From Nitrospirota bacterium (GTDB taxonomy: Bacteria > Nitrospirota > UBA9217): DNA of 64,000 nucleotides. The notes below the pieces were generated by a model that made no database searches, was not told the DNA's origin, and was given only the letters and a program-made list of their open reading frames with translations. The translations under genes were made by a program, and so were the position numbers. The stretch covers positions 224,001 through 288,000 of the forward strand of contig CAWJQQ010000008.1 of the NCBI GenBank assembly GCA_963845065.1, read 5' to 3'. Of this stretch, positions 1-10,519 are shown one piece after another. Position 1 is the first letter of the stretch; each line of letters starts with the position of its first letter.

Positions 1-928
1 GTATGGTTATCTGATCCTGAGTACGGGAGCGGAAAATAACTATTTCGGTATCCCCGGCGCAGAAGAGTTTTCCTTCTGTTTTCGCAAGCCTGTTGACGCG
101 GAGCGTATTAAGGCGGAAGTCGAGCATCTGCTCGAAGATCCCATCGCCACCTGCCACATTGTCCTCGCTGGAGGGGGCACGGAGGGCGTTCAAGCGGCGG
201 GAGAGCTACTTGATCTTATCAAGGGGCAGAGCAGGGAAAACGATATAAAAAGAGGTACGATCTCGATTGATCTTATCGAGGGGAAAGAGCGCCTGCTGAC
301 AGGTTTTTCGCCAAAAGCACAGGAGTTTGCTGAGCAATATCTGCGTGCGCGGGGAGCGAACGTCGTGACCGGAAATCCAATCATTGAAGTCCAGAAAAAC
401 AGTGTCGTGCTCGAGCGTGGAGGGCATCGTGCAGCATCAATTCTCGTCTGGACGGGCGGTATCCAGCCGGCGAAAATAATTCTAGACCTACCCCTCCAGA
501 AGGACACGCGAGGATGGCTCAAGGTCACGGACCGTCTTCATTCGCCCGATGACGATCGGATCTTCGGCATTGGAGACGCCGTTAGTGTCTACAACGAAGA
601 TGGACCGCTATCGCTGCAGCGGCTCGCTTACCATGCGCAGAACCAGGCACGCATAGTTGCACTGAATATAGATAATCATATGCATGGCCGGGACCTTGTA
701 GTATATACACCGAAAAGCAGACCGCAGCTCATTTCCATCGGCAAGGATATGGGGATTTTTTCACAAGGGGACAGGGTTCTTACTGGAACGTGGGTAGTAG
801 CAATTAAAAAAGCCGTGGAGCGGAAGCACATCATGAGCTGCCTGACCCGGCCCCTTATTTCTTCAATGCAGGCTCGAATCCCGGGAGCAGGCTTTGTCCA
901 GAGATTAAGAATGCGTTTGCCATTCTGA
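1..928 (+). CDS. NAD(P)/FAD-dependent oxidoreductase, type II NADH dehydrogenase-like (5' end outside window)
   Basis: Open frame from base 2: YGYLILSTGAENNYFGIPGAEE...IVLAGGGTEGVQAAGE...VWTGGIQP...IFGIGDA...AYHAQNQA, which are NDH-2 family motifs. Confidence 0.8.
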   Translation, partial: YGYLILSTGAENNYFGIPGAEEFSFCFRKPVDAERIKAEVEHLLEDPIATCHIVLAGGGTEGVQAAGELLDLIKGQSRENDIKRGTISIDLIEGKERLLTGFSPKAQEFAEQYLRARGANVVTGNPIIEVQKNSVVLERGGHRAASILVWTGGIQPAKIILDLPLQKDTRGWLKVTDRLHSPDDDRIFGIGDAVSVYNEDGPLSLQRLAYHAQNQARIVALNIDNHMHGRDLVVYTPKSRPQLISIGKDMGIFSQGDRVLTGTWVVAIKKAVERKHIMSCLTRPLISSMQARIPGAGFVQRLRMRLPF

Positions 929-946
929 TATTCAGAATACTTCCGC

Positions 947-1980
947 GTGAATGCTCCCGCAACCAAAGATAATACTAACTTATTGGTTGGGGCTTCCAAC
1001 GAGGAGGTTCTTTGAGGATAGCAAGTCCTTTGGAAGATGCAGTGTCACTTGCTGCACCAGGTTGGGGCGCAGCTAAAGGTAATTACCAACAGTGTCCGCA
1101 GCATGCTCGTCAGCATGTTCCTTGACGTTGCAGCGTGGACAACAAAATATTTACCTTTGTCGCCTATAAGCGTCGACCAGAGAATGGACCGTGCAGGCAG
1201 TGGATGTGTAATAGCTCGGAACGATCAGTTCTGGGATACCATCCCATCGTAATTTATCCGATGCCCTGCGAAGATACTGCCCCTTCGATCCATTACCAAT
1301 CATCTTGTTGAATGTCCGGCCTTTGTAACCGGACGAGCTTTTTTCTTTTGTCAGGACGGTCAAATCTTCCCGCACTATGAGCTGCATGATATGCTTTGGC
1401 AAGCGCGGCTTCTTGATTAGAGAGAAACCCCAACCAAGATCTTTTGACGCCGGCGATTTTCTTATAGAGTGACAGGCGAAGTCGCTTCATCCCAAGTACC
1501 TGCTGAAGCAGCCGAAAGAACTCGTCGTAGATATGCTGGATGTTAGGATCTTCGAATACTGTCCATCATAAAGGTGATCTTGTTCGTCCAGTCCAAGATA
1601 GCTGCAGATGATGCTTTTAGCTTTTCCAAGCGGTTGTAGCCGGTGTCTATCTGAGATTTAAGTCGGTCTATTTTATCACAGGAAGCGGCAATGTTTTTCA
1701 GGAAGTTTTTGCCGCCGAAACGGACCCGCTTTACAATATTATAATTTGGATGGCCGTAGTTTTCTAAATATTTTAAGGCGTCTTCTTTTGTAAATTTGAC
1801 AATCCCTGCTAATTTCTTCGGATCGATTGGATCGTTCAGTTTCACTATTGAAAGGCTGATGGTGTTGGGGAAATTTAAAGCCAACCAATTCAATCCAAAA
1901 CCAATACGTCATTTGGATGGGGTGTTCTTGTAAGAGTGGAAAAAGAGAGTCGGACACGCGCGGGCGTGTCAAAGACGGGG
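947..1980 (-). pseudogene. Decayed, 5'-truncated TnpB/Cas12-like RuvC nuclease gene with an IS200/IS605-type right end
   Basis: Minus-strand fragments: VLVLD/LN (RuvC-I, ~1893-1907, frameshifted), IVREDL (RuvC-II), YYTSTACTVH...*IFCCPRCNVKEHADEHAADTV (Zn finger and RuvC-III, in-frame TAA at 1151-1153). Followed by GAAG-ccccaaccaa..ttggttgcggg-agcatTCAC ending at 947. Confidence 0.75.
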
Positions 1981-2005
1981 GATCAGCGAGAGTGGCTGAT
2001 TCGGC

Positions 2006-4648
2006 TTAATTGTCCAGCGATTCTCGGACCCTCTTTAAAAACTCCGTCGGTGAAATTGGCTTTACTATAATTCTTAAGTCCTGATTGGCGATGTTCTTTT
2101 CCTCAAAAATGTCTGCTGCATATCCGCTCATGAAAAGGACTTTGATGTCCGGACGGAATTTCCTAATTTCTTCATACGCGTCCTTCCCGTTCATTTTTGG
2201 CATGATCACATCAAAAATAAGTAGACGAATCTGGCCTTCATTCTCAATAAATTTTGCTAATGCCTGTTCGCCGTCAGATGCACCTATAACTGTGTATCCT
2301 GATTCGGCAAGAACGGTCGTGGTCAAATTTCTAACCGATTCATCATCCTCAGCAACCAGCACCGTTTCAGTACCTCCGAGGGCATCAGCAGTCTTTACTG
2401 ACGCGGTTTCTTTCACGGATGACTGAACCAAAGGAAAATATATTTCGAAGGTCGTACCGATCCCCGGTGCGCTCGATACTGTAATATAACCATCGTGTTG
2501 TTTAACGATTCCATATACCATGGAAAGACCTAGCCCCGTGCCTTTCCCCATTTCTTTTGTAGTAAAAAAAGGCTCGAATATTCTCGCCTGAATCATTCCA
2601 TCCATACCTGCCCCGCTGTCCGAAACAATTATTAGCGCGAAATTTCCGAGGCTGCCGTAACCGTGACTATCAATGAATTTCTGGTCGAGCTCGACACGTT
2701 TCGTTTTTATGGTTAATGTCCCGCCTTCACTCATTGCGTCTCGTGCGTTCGTGGCGAGGTTCATCAATACTTGTTCGAGTTGTCCCGCATCCGCCAGGAT
2801 CATTAAATCACGTTCTTCGAGATCCATTCTGAATTCGATATCTTCACCAATGAGCCTGGCAAGAAGCTTGCCGATACCAACAATAATATCGTTCACATTC
2901 ACCGGTTGGGGATTGATGATTTGTTTCCTGCTGAATGCGAGGAGGCTGTGGGTGAGATTGGCGGCGCGTTCAGAGGAGGAAAGAATTTGGTTGATATAGT
3001 TGTTAGCTGGATCATTGGCAGCGAGTTTAATCTTCACGAGGTTACCATAACCGATTATTGCAGTGAGGATGTTGTTGAAGTCATGTGCGACGCCTCCCGC
3101 CAATAGACCGACTGCTTCCATCTTATGGGACTGGCGGAACTGCTCCTCGAGTATTTTGCGTTCCGTGATGTCATATGCGGTTCCCAGCGCCGCGGGTCTC
3201 CCCTCGAATTCTATTGTGGCCGCGGTGAAATCCACCCAGCGTTCTTCCCCTGCTTTCGTGACAATTTTGCATTCATACCGGGAGGAATTTTTGTCAGACC
3301 GCCACAGTGCAGTGCTGCGCTCGTTCACCATCTGACGATATCCGGGGTGCACCAAGTGCAAAAGGTTCAAATGCAAAAGCTCGGTCGGCGAGTAGCCGGT
3401 CATCTTTTCGGCCGTGGCGTTGAAGTAGCGTAATGTGGTCCCTTGATAAATGATGATGGCAGCTGCCACGGTCTCTGTCAGCATCCTGAACTTTTTTTCT
3501 CCCTCACGAAGTAATGTTTCCACTCGCTTGTGTTCGGTCAGAAGTTGTGCATTTTCCATGGCTACGGCAGCGCCTGCAGCCAGTCCTTCCAGTACTTCTA
3601 CATGGTGCTCAGTGAAGGGCTTTCGGTCAGCCATGTCGTGTACAATGAAACAGCCGAGCAGGTTCCCGTGCCGGCTGAAGATCGGTACTCCGGCAAAATT
3701 GTAAAACCCCAACTTTTCACGAATAGCAGGCGTCGTGACCATGTCGTGCTGCGCATCGTTCGAAATATAGGGTTTACCTGTCTGTATGATCCAGCCGGGG
3801 ACTCCCGAGCCGGATGCGTATGAGTATTCGAAGGGAATAAGTTTGCCTCGCTGGTTATATTCCCGGAATACCATTTTCCCGTTGTGCATGATGCCTGCGA
3901 ATCCCGATGTCGCACCCGTCAATGCGAGAGCTGTTTCTATTAGGGTCCGCATAACCACCGGCGTTTCGAGGACCGTATTGATCTGCCTTATGCTGCTCAG
4001 AAGAAGTTCGAGCTGGCGGCTGCGCCATGAGAGGATTTCATCCTTTTGCCGGTGTTCGCTCACATCGCGCGTAATCGCAAGGAACCGTCCATTCTTCAGC
4101 ATCTTGCCGCTGATCTCGGCAGAGAAAACGGTCCCATCCTTACGGCGAAGCATCCGCTCGCTCAAAATGGTCTTGCCGGCAATCATTTCTCCGAAGGGAA
4201 TGGGCGTGGCGGTGATATCCTCTGGCGTGAAAGCGTCCCGAACATTCATCTGCAGGAGTTCTCTTTCTGTGTAACCCAGCATTTTGCATTCCTGCTCATT
4301 AACAGTATGGTGGATACCCTGCTGATCGAAAATGATGATACCGTCCGAAGCCTGTTCCAAAAGTTCCCGGTATTGATTTTCACTCGCGAGATGCGTTTTC
4401 TCGAAGTGACGAATCAGGAGAAAGAGAATGTACGCTGTAACAGCTACGTAAGCCCAGCCCTTTATGATCGCGATATGAGTGATAGTGGTAGGATCGTGGA
4501 TTATTGAGTTGATAAATGAATCGGACAGGAATATCCACAGCCCGCCGACTACAGCGTAGAGAAGTGCGATTTTGAGTGGGGTAAGTTTCAAATGAAATGC
4601 GGTCCAAGTTTTTTGAATATCGGCGGTTTTTGACATTTTATCAAGCAT
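2006..4648 (-). CDS. Membrane hybrid sensor histidine kinase/response regulator (2TM-PAS-GAF-PAS-HisKA-HATPase-REC)
   Basis: [13 protein letters not shown]-box, [30 protein letters not shown]-terminal receiver VAEDD...IFDVIMP. Confidence 0.93.
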   Translation of the reverse strand: MLDKMSKTADIQKTWTAFHLKLTPLKIALLYAVVGGLWIFLSDSFINSIIHDPTTITHIAIIKGWAYVAVTAYILFLLIRHFEKTHLASENQYRELLEQASDGIIIFDQQGIHHTVNEQECKMLGYTERELLQMNVRDAFTPEDITATPIPFGEMIAGKTILSERMLRRKDGTVFSAEISGKMLKNGRFLAITRDVSEHRQKDEILSWRSRQLELLLSSIRQINTVLETPVVMRTLIETALALTGATSGFAGIMHNGKMVFREYNQRGKLIPFEYSYASGSGVPGWIIQTGKPYISNDAQHDMVTTPAIREKLGFYNFAGVPIFSRHGNLLGCFIVHDMADRKPFTEHHVEVLEGLAAGAAVAMENAQLLTEHKRVETLLREGEKKFRMLTETVAAAIIIYQGTTLRYFNATAEKMTGYSPTELLHLNLLHLVHPGYRQMVNERSTALWRSDKNSSRYECKIVTKAGEERWVDFTAATIEFEGRPAALGTAYDITERKILEEQFRQSHKMEAVGLLAGGVAHDFNNILTAIIGYGNLVKIKLAANDPANNYINQILSSSERAANLTHSLLAFSRKQIINPQPVNVNDIIVGIGKLLARLIGEDIEFRMDLEERDLMILADAGQLEQVLMNLATNARDAMSEGGTLTIKTKRVELDQKFIDSHGYGSLGNFALIIVSDSGAGMDGMIQARIFEPFFTTKEMGKGTGLGLSMVYGIVKQHDGYITVSSAPGIGTTFEIYFPLVQSSVKETASVKTADALGGTETVLVAEDDESVRNLTTTVLAESGYTVIGASDGEQALAKFIENEGQIRLLIFDVIMPKMNGKDAYEEIRKFRPDIKVLFMSGYAADIFEEKNIANQDLRIIVKPISPTEFLKRVRESLDN

Positions 4649-4955
4649 TATCTGCTAGAGAAAATCTTTTTCCAAGAAATGTGACTTTTGTATGATTGTC
4701 TTAATCCCAAGAATGTACAAGAATGTACATTATGTTGCTTATTATAACTCAATTAGAAAAGAATAACAGGGAATTTTAATGAGAGTGGATAAAAAAGCTC
4801 CTCCTGTTTAGTAATAGCAGAACAAAGGGGACTTAGCCGGAGCGATATTACGAGAAGTGATGGATAAACAGAAACTTGATAATTGCAGTAGCAAAGGGTT
4901 TGCTACGGTTTCGCTGATAGTTTTTTCCCCCTTTTCACATGAAAATACCCTTTAT

Positions 4956-5092
4956 CAAACCTGTCCTTGAATACCCAGCAGTTCTACTGCTGGGATGAAA
5001 AGGACAATCCTGACGAGGTCAGGATAAGAATCTGATTGGTTTTAGGTTCTATCGGTTTTGATGCCCCGCAGCTCTGCTGCGGGGTAATTCAC
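4956..5092 (+). mobile_element. 137-bp non-autonomous IS200/IS605-type mini-element (PATE/MITE-like)
   Basis: TTAT|caaacctgtccttg-AATA-cccagcag ttcta ctgctggg-atgaaaaggaca ... GATG-ccccgcagc tct gctgcgggg-taatTCAC; two terminal hairpins with IS608-like layout. Confidence 0.75.
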
Positions 5093-5301
5093 TTATATGA
5101 TTATCATGATATTTTGTAACCGGGCTTCAATGTCTTTCATAAGATCAAATAAATCCTTCAGATTTTAATGAGATGGCGTTTATCAGCACAATCGCACCAC
5201 CTATTTTCTGCGCAATAAAAACAGCTTCCTTGTAGAGACCTGAAGAGCGGAAGCAGGCCAGTTCCTCATTCGACAGAAAGCGACTGATCAACATCATGAG
5301 T

Positions 5302-7527
5302 TTAGTGGAGATGATTCGGTTCAAGACTTGCAAGTGGCTCGCGTGGTGCCAGCTTGGCCATAGCGGCGTTCCCGGACTTGTTTTTTTTATCGGAGAAAAA
5401 GACGGTCATGGGTGATTTGTCGATTGGCCATGTACCCTTTGCAATGTTCGCGGGCTCCGTTCCCTCAAAAACGAGGTAGCTATACTTGTGATAATGCGGC
5501 AGCTTCCGCGCCAGACCCGGCAGTGCTTCTGGCAGATCGGAGGCAATGAAGAGCAGAGCAAAATTGCTACCTTGTGCGGGACGCGTGGTGAGCACGACTG
5601 CATGGTTTTTTCGCGGGATGTCATCCTTCCCGATTCTTACCGAACTCCGATTGAAAGCAACACCATAATGGGATAACAGACCTGTAGCGCTGTTAGCAAA
5701 GCGGTTTTCCCAACCGATGATCGTGACTGCGCGGTCTTGCGGAAGTTCCTCGATGTCCGAATCGAGCTTTATCACGGCCTCATCGGGACCAGACCCTGCC
5801 AGGGTCTTAGCGAATGCGCGATAGGCGTTCAAAAACTCCTTATCGATGGTATCGGGTAATATGATAAGCATTTTCCGTGCGCCGAAGGCCTGCGAGATAG
5901 ACGGTGGCGTCTCGCGCCGGTCAAGTCTGCGGAAGATGTCGAATTCTGGGTCAACATCGAGCCTGAGTGGCGGTGCCGGTATCGTGATCGTAAAATCTGA
6001 CTTCATATCCTTCATCTCAACAATGGTTTGAAATGCTTGATTTTGTCCGGCCAGCGTTACGGCAAGAGGAACGCGCAGATGGTAGGCGCCTCCGGATTGG
6101 GTCTGCTCGAGCCGTACGGTTAAAATGTATTTTTTACCCACGGATGAAACCTTCGGCGGGTCGATCTTTAACCTGGGAGCACCGACTCGTGTGACCCACT
6201 GCTCAAATTCTTGCTTTAAATCCTGCCCAGACGCGGCCTCGAAACTGGTACGGAGATTATTAAACGACGCGAACTGAAACTGGTAGTCTCTGTAAAAATT
6301 CCGGAGACCCTGCTTGAACGCGGAGTCGCCGAGTTGCAGCCGTAGCATGTGAAAGAACATAAGCCCCTTGCCGTAACCGATGGCTTCTGTTGACGGGTCG
6401 TGTCGCGACCGGAACTGCGTAAGCGGGAAGTCCTTGCTTCCCAACACATAGTCGGCGTACTTTTGGAGCGTTGTCAAGCGGTATTCCCTGCCTTCACCCT
6501 GCTGTTCCTTCAAGAGGTGGTCCGCGAGATAAGCGGTCAGCCCCTCCGACCAGTTGCCCTGATCATAGTCAGGATAGACGCTGTTGCCCCACCAGTTGTG
6601 CAGGATCTCGTGAGGATAGGAAGTGTTGATGATGAAAGGGAGGCGAATGACCGTGGGCCCCAGGAGCGTGAACGACGGCATGCCGTAGCCCGTTTCCCAG
6701 AAGTTCTCGACGAGGGCGAACTTTTTATAGGGGTAGTGGCCAATGAGCCTGCTATAGAGGTCAATGTACCGCAATGTGGCATTGAGATATTGTTTCGCAA
6801 GTGTCTGGTCAGGTGTGCGCAAGAACACCATGGCTTTTATGAGACTGGTAGATTTGAGGTATTCGAAGAACCTGTTGGCTACAAGATAAATCTCTTCCTG
6901 CGGTTCCGGTGATTTCCAGCGAACAAAGTCCATATTTCCGCCTTGGTCGTGGCGAGTGCGTTCGCCCTGGCTGACCGCGTCCCAACCCGGAGGCAATTGA
7001 ACTTCCAAGGTGAAGGTTACCAGACCCGGCCCAAGATCAGGATACCACGATGAGGATCCGGAAAGAAAAACGCCGTTTTCGAAGACGATGCCCGTCGTTT
7101 CTTCGACCCCGCCCGCGTATCCCTTCCCGAGTTGTTCTATGGCATCGTAAATGCTCCCTTCATACGAAACCGTGAAGATGCGAAGCCCGGCAGGCAGGAT
7201 AACTTTGAACGATTCAAGTGGAATTGCGCCGTACTTCTGCCCCAGTCTCACGATTCGCACGAGGGGAGATGCGGGAGTTGGGTGGAGCCCACTGTGGAGA
7301 ACAAAGGTGAACTCCTGTGGAAAATTTTCCGGCAAACTGATCGTATCGATAACAGTGATGAGCCGTTCGTTAGGAGCGAGCGTTACCTTGAGGTCGTGGT
7401 GGGTGTATCCTTCGTGGGCAAGGATGGAAGAGGGGGTGCTTATCGCGATGAACACAATTATGATTGCAAGAAGAAAAGCAGGTATACCAGGGCGCTGCAT
7501 ATGGTCATTAACTTGTTTCACTATCAC
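5302..7527 (-). CDS. Secreted M1-family zinc aminopeptidase
   Basis: Signal peptide; GYGMP, HEILHNWWG (HEXXH) and WSEGL third zinc ligand. Confidence 0.88.
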   Translation of the reverse strand: MIVKQVNDHMQRPGIPAFLLAIIIVFIAISTPSSILAHEGYTHHDLKVTLAPNERLITVIDTISLPENFPQEFTFVLHSGLHPTPASPLVRIVRLGQKYGAIPLESFKVILPAGLRIFTVSYEGSIYDAIEQLGKGYAGGVEETTGIVFENGVFLSGSSSWYPDLGPGLVTFTLEVQLPPGWDAVSQGERTRHDQGGNMDFVRWKSPEPQEEIYLVANRFFEYLKSTSLIKAMVFLRTPDQTLAKQYLNATLRYIDLYSRLIGHYPYKKFALVENFWETGYGMPSFTLLGPTVIRLPFIINTSYPHEILHNWWGNSVYPDYDQGNWSEGLTAYLADHLLKEQQGEGREYRLTTLQKYADYVLGSKDFPLTQFRSRHDPSTEAIGYGKGLMFFHMLRLQLGDSAFKQGLRNFYRDYQFQFASFNNLRTSFEAASGQDLKQEFEQWVTRVGAPRLKIDPPKVSSVGKKYILTVRLEQTQSGGAYHLRVPLAVTLAGQNQAFQTIVEMKDMKSDFTITIPAPPLRLDVDPEFDIFRRLDRRETPPSISQAFGARKMLIILPDTIDKEFLNAYRAFAKTLAGSGPDEAVIKLDSDIEELPQDRAVTIIGWENRFANSATGLLSHYGVAFNRSSVRIGKDDIPRKNHAVVLTTRPAQGSNFALLFIASDLPEALPGLARKLPHYHKYSYLVFEGTEPANIAKGTWPIDKSPMTVFFSDKKNKSGNAAMAKLAPREPLASLEPNHLH

Positions 7528-7684
7528 GTATTGTGCCTCCCCGCCTGTTTAATGAAGAAATTATAGTCGCATTGATGTAATCTGTAAAGTGCCTTGATCG
7601 TATTTGTATGATACAATAATGCTAGATTTTAAAGAGACCCTTATTTTGAGGTTCAACCAGTTTGATGCATTCATATAATAAAAC

Positions 7685-7762
7685 CTACCACAGAAAGGCA
7701 GAAACGCGCAGAAAAGACATTAATTTCTTTCTTCTAAGCTCTCAGCGATCTTGTTGTAAAAT
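7685..7762. repeat. Degenerate intergenic imperfect inverted repeat with ~9-nt periodic arms (accacagaa..cagaa / ctcagcgatcttgttgtaaa)
   Basis: Same layout as the element at 38241-38338. Confidence 0.4.
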
Positions 7763-7795
7763 AAATTTTTCTTACGAATTCATCAGTTTGCCTTC

Positions 7796-8263
7796 ATGAA
7801 CATGCCCAAGACCAGCGCAGGCATACTGCTTTACAGAAGAGAGAATAATGTCCTCCGCGTGTTTCTCATCCATCCTGGTGGACCCTTCTTTGCAAAAAAG
7901 GATGCGGGTATTTGGTCCATTCCAAAAGGGGAGATCGATAAAGGCGAGGACCCTCTTGCAGCCGCGATCAGGGAATTCGAAGAAGAGACCGGCTGCATGC
8001 CTGTCGGCGCCTTCATTCCTCTTTCGCCCGTGACGCAAAAAGGAGGCAAAACCGTCTTTGCTTGGGCTGCGGAGGGAGGTTGTGACGCAGAAACGATCAA
8101 AAGCAATACATTTACGCTCGAATGGCCGATACATTCCGGTAGGATTCAGGAGTTCCCGGAAGTGGACCGGGCAGGATGGTTTACAGTTGATGAGGCAAAG
8201 CAGAAATTGCATCCGGCACAGGTCGCATTGGTGAATGAATTGCTTATCAAGTTGTCATCGTGA
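7796..8263 (+). CDS. NUDIX hydrolase
   Basis: Nudix box PKGEIDKGEDPLAAAIREFEEETG; HPGGPFF motif. Confidence 0.9.
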   Translation: MNMPKTSAGILLYRRENNVLRVFLIHPGGPFFAKKDAGIWSIPKGEIDKGEDPLAAAIREFEEETGCMPVGAFIPLSPVTQKGGKTVFAWAAEGGCDAETIKSNTFTLEWPIHSGRIQEFPEVDRAGWFTVDEAKQKLHPAQVALVNELLIKLSS

Positions 8264-8375
8264 TTTCTAAGTGTAGAATAAAGAATCCTGGAAACGCCAA
8301 GGCAAAAAGGCGCGGTCATCTTTGCAAATCTTTTGATGACATCCAATTTTTTTTGAGGGACGCGCAAATTATTAC

Positions 8376-8466
8376 TGAAATCTCCGTGCCAAGCCCCTGG
8401 TTTTAACCATGGCGAAGAAAGCGGGAATTGGGCAATCTATGCAAATGTTCATTCGTGTGCTATATA
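8376..8466 (+). mobile_element. Orphan degenerate left end of the IS608-like tnpB element
   Basis: TTAC (8372-8375), then aagcccctggttttaaccatgg..gaaagcggg and a remnant of the element promoter (caaatgttcattcgtgtgctatata). Confidence 0.75.
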
Positions 8467-8479
8467 AGGAAGAGGACAG

Positions 8480-8860
8480 GTCGTTGCTCCGGAGGATCAA
8501 TCTCGAAAGAAGGCGGCTTACTTCCCTGAGACGCTATTCGGCGGGGAGCAGTGTGTGGCCATCGCACGGGTCCTTGCAATGAGACCGCTTGCTATGCCGT
8601 TCGGTGAGCCCACGGCGTCGCTCCATCCCGAAACCGCCGGCGAAGTGCTAGCGGTGATCAAGGACCTTATGGAGCAGGATGGCATGACAACACTGATTGC
8701 AAATCATGAGATAGGCTTTGTCCATGAGGTCGCGGAGCGAGTTGTTGTCTTCGCCGATGGCGATATCATCGATACAAGGTTGCCCGATGAACTTTTTACC
8801 GCTCCAATGCAGAAGCGGACCAGGACCTTTCTAAGACGGGTGTTGTCTAAAAACATATGA
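8480..8860 (+). pseudogene. Truncated, degenerate polar amino-acid ABC transporter ATP-binding gene (GlnQ-like C-terminal half)
   Basis: FPETLFGGEQCVAIARVLAMRPLAMPFGEPTASLHPE is a decayed LSGGQ..VAIARALAM..LFDEPTSALDPE; no Walker A or N-terminus. Confidence 0.8.
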
Positions 8861-8932
8861 CGAACTGCGCGGTCTCGTTTTTAATCTTCGCATGACATAC
8901 GAATATTCGGATGTGGAGGGAATGGGTTAATC

Positions 8933-9634
8933 ATGAAAAAAATTATTATATCTGAAGCCATTAAACTGATGCTGCACAAACAAGAAGGCTTTCTTCGTAG
9001 GGCCGATGTAAAAGTGTTTAGCGCGGCAACAAATGACGATATCCTTGCCATCCATCATGCGGAGAACGTTAATCTCATCATCACACAGCTCACTATGCCC
9101 GGAATCAGCAGCGAACAACTGTGTTCCACAATCAGAAAAGACGAGCGCTTGCGCCGTGTCTCCCTCTTCATGCTTTGCGGTGACACGGCAGCAGACCGTG
9201 AGCGCGTTTCGCGATGCAATCCTAACGCGGTTCTAACACATCCTTTCGACGTACATCAACTCCTGGAAAAGGCGCAGCATCTCATGGACATTCCCTGGCG
9301 GGGGTCCTTTCGGGTTCTCCTGAGCGTAAACATCGTGGGGAATAGCAAAGAAAAAGCTTTTTTCTGCCGATCGGAGAATATCAGTACGACGGGCCTCCTG
9401 CTAGAAACTGAGCGGACCTTCGTAAAAGGCGATCTCATAGCCTGCTCATTCTTCCTGCCCGACTCCCGGCAACTCGTTGCCCAAGGTGAAGTCGTCAGGA
9501 CCCTTATGCAAGGCACACAAAAGTCCCTCAACCGGTACGGCATCAAGTTTTTCGAACTTGCGCCCGAGGTCAAAACAGCCATAGAAGCCTTTGTGGAGAA
9601 AAGATATCAGCAGTCTAATTGGAAGCCATCCTGA
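8933..9634 (+). CDS. Receiver-like plus PilZ domain protein
   Basis: N-terminal CheY-like pattern (LIITQLTMPGISSEQLCSTIR); PilZ motifs RGSFR (RxxxR) and NISTTG. Confidence 0.8.
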   Translation: MKKIIISEAIKLMLHKQEGFLRRADVKVFSAATNDDILAIHHAENVNLIITQLTMPGISSEQLCSTIRKDERLRRVSLFMLCGDTAADRERVSRCNPNAVLTHPFDVHQLLEKAQHLMDIPWRGSFRVLLSVNIVGNSKEKAFFCRSENISTTGLLLETERTFVKGDLIACSFFLPDSRQLVAQGEVVRTLMQGTQKSLNRYGIKFFELAPEVKTAIEAFVEKRYQQSNWKPS

Positions 9635-10048
9635 TATCTGCCGGTACTGGGGAAAGTGACTCTTTTTCACACGCTTTCCTGTAACCCTGCCATGTGACGG
9701 CTTATACTCCCGCGGAGATTTTTTACTCTGTACTTCCCTTTCCTTGACAGCGACATTACCAAGTGATATCCTAAAAGAAGACAGGAATTATCCTGATAAG
9801 GTAAAAAAACCCTTGGAATAGAAAGAATGCGATTGTATGATTTTAAGATTCAGCGAAGTAAAAAATGGACGCTGCGGACAAGGCACGTTTAAAAGGCTAA
9901 ATTTACCCGACGTGGAGAATACTCCCGGGGGAAACCGGCATGAAGAACCAGAGACGGGAAACGGCTCCAAACCGACTCTCGTTTCTTATTCGAGTGCCGG
10001 TTTGTATTATTGGAATGATGAATGTCGGATTCAAAGGACAAGGAGGGC

Positions 10049-10498
10049 ATGATGTCAGATCCTCAAAAAACGGGTATGTCGAGTATAACTGATAAAATGG
10101 TCGTCATCCGGCATGCGACGGACACGGACCGGGTAAGAGTAGAAGAATATCTCAATAAGCACGGAAAGAGCGAAAACCTTAACGATGCCGAGCTCGTGAT
10201 TGCAGCAGAAAATGAACGTATTATTGGATTTGGAATCATGAAAAAAGAGCAGGACGCCGGGTGCGTCTCGCTCTTCGAGGACAGTCGACGGAAAGGGATT
10301 GGTTCATCGATCGTAAAACATCTCCTGTCCCACGAGCCCTTGAAGCGGGTTTACGCTACACATTATGCAAGCTATTTCACCAATTCCGATTTTGCGCGGG
10401 CTAAGCAGCAGCATGCCGCGCGGTCTCGCAAGAACGGCATTATGTGCCGCATGCCACTGATGGAACGGCTGGCTATTGCGGCGTATGAAAGGGCATAA
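10049..10498 (+). CDS. GNAT-family N-acetyltransferase-like protein
   Basis: VIRHAT.., RIIGFG, RRKGIGSSIV acetyl-CoA motif; SD aggagg before ATG 10049. Confidence 0.65.
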   Translation: MMSDPQKTGMSSITDKMVVIRHATDTDRVRVEEYLNKHGKSENLNDAELVIAAENERIIGFGIMKKEQDAGCVSLFEDSRRKGIGSSIVKHLLSHEPLKRVYATHYASYFTNSDFARAKQQHAARSRKNGIMCRMPLMERLAIAAYERA

Positions 10499-10519
10499 TA
10501 ACCGGTCAGGGAGCAGTAG

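Noticed and set aside
4709..4729. Tandem aagaatgtac x2
   Set aside because: Only two units; too short to interpret
5145..5333. 62-aa ORF after the aminopeptidase gene
   Set aside because: No motif or clear RBS; cannot be supported
9850..9995. Possible riboswitch or leader RNA before the GNAT/reductase genes
   Set aside because: Only weak stems; no consensus of a known riboswitch recognised
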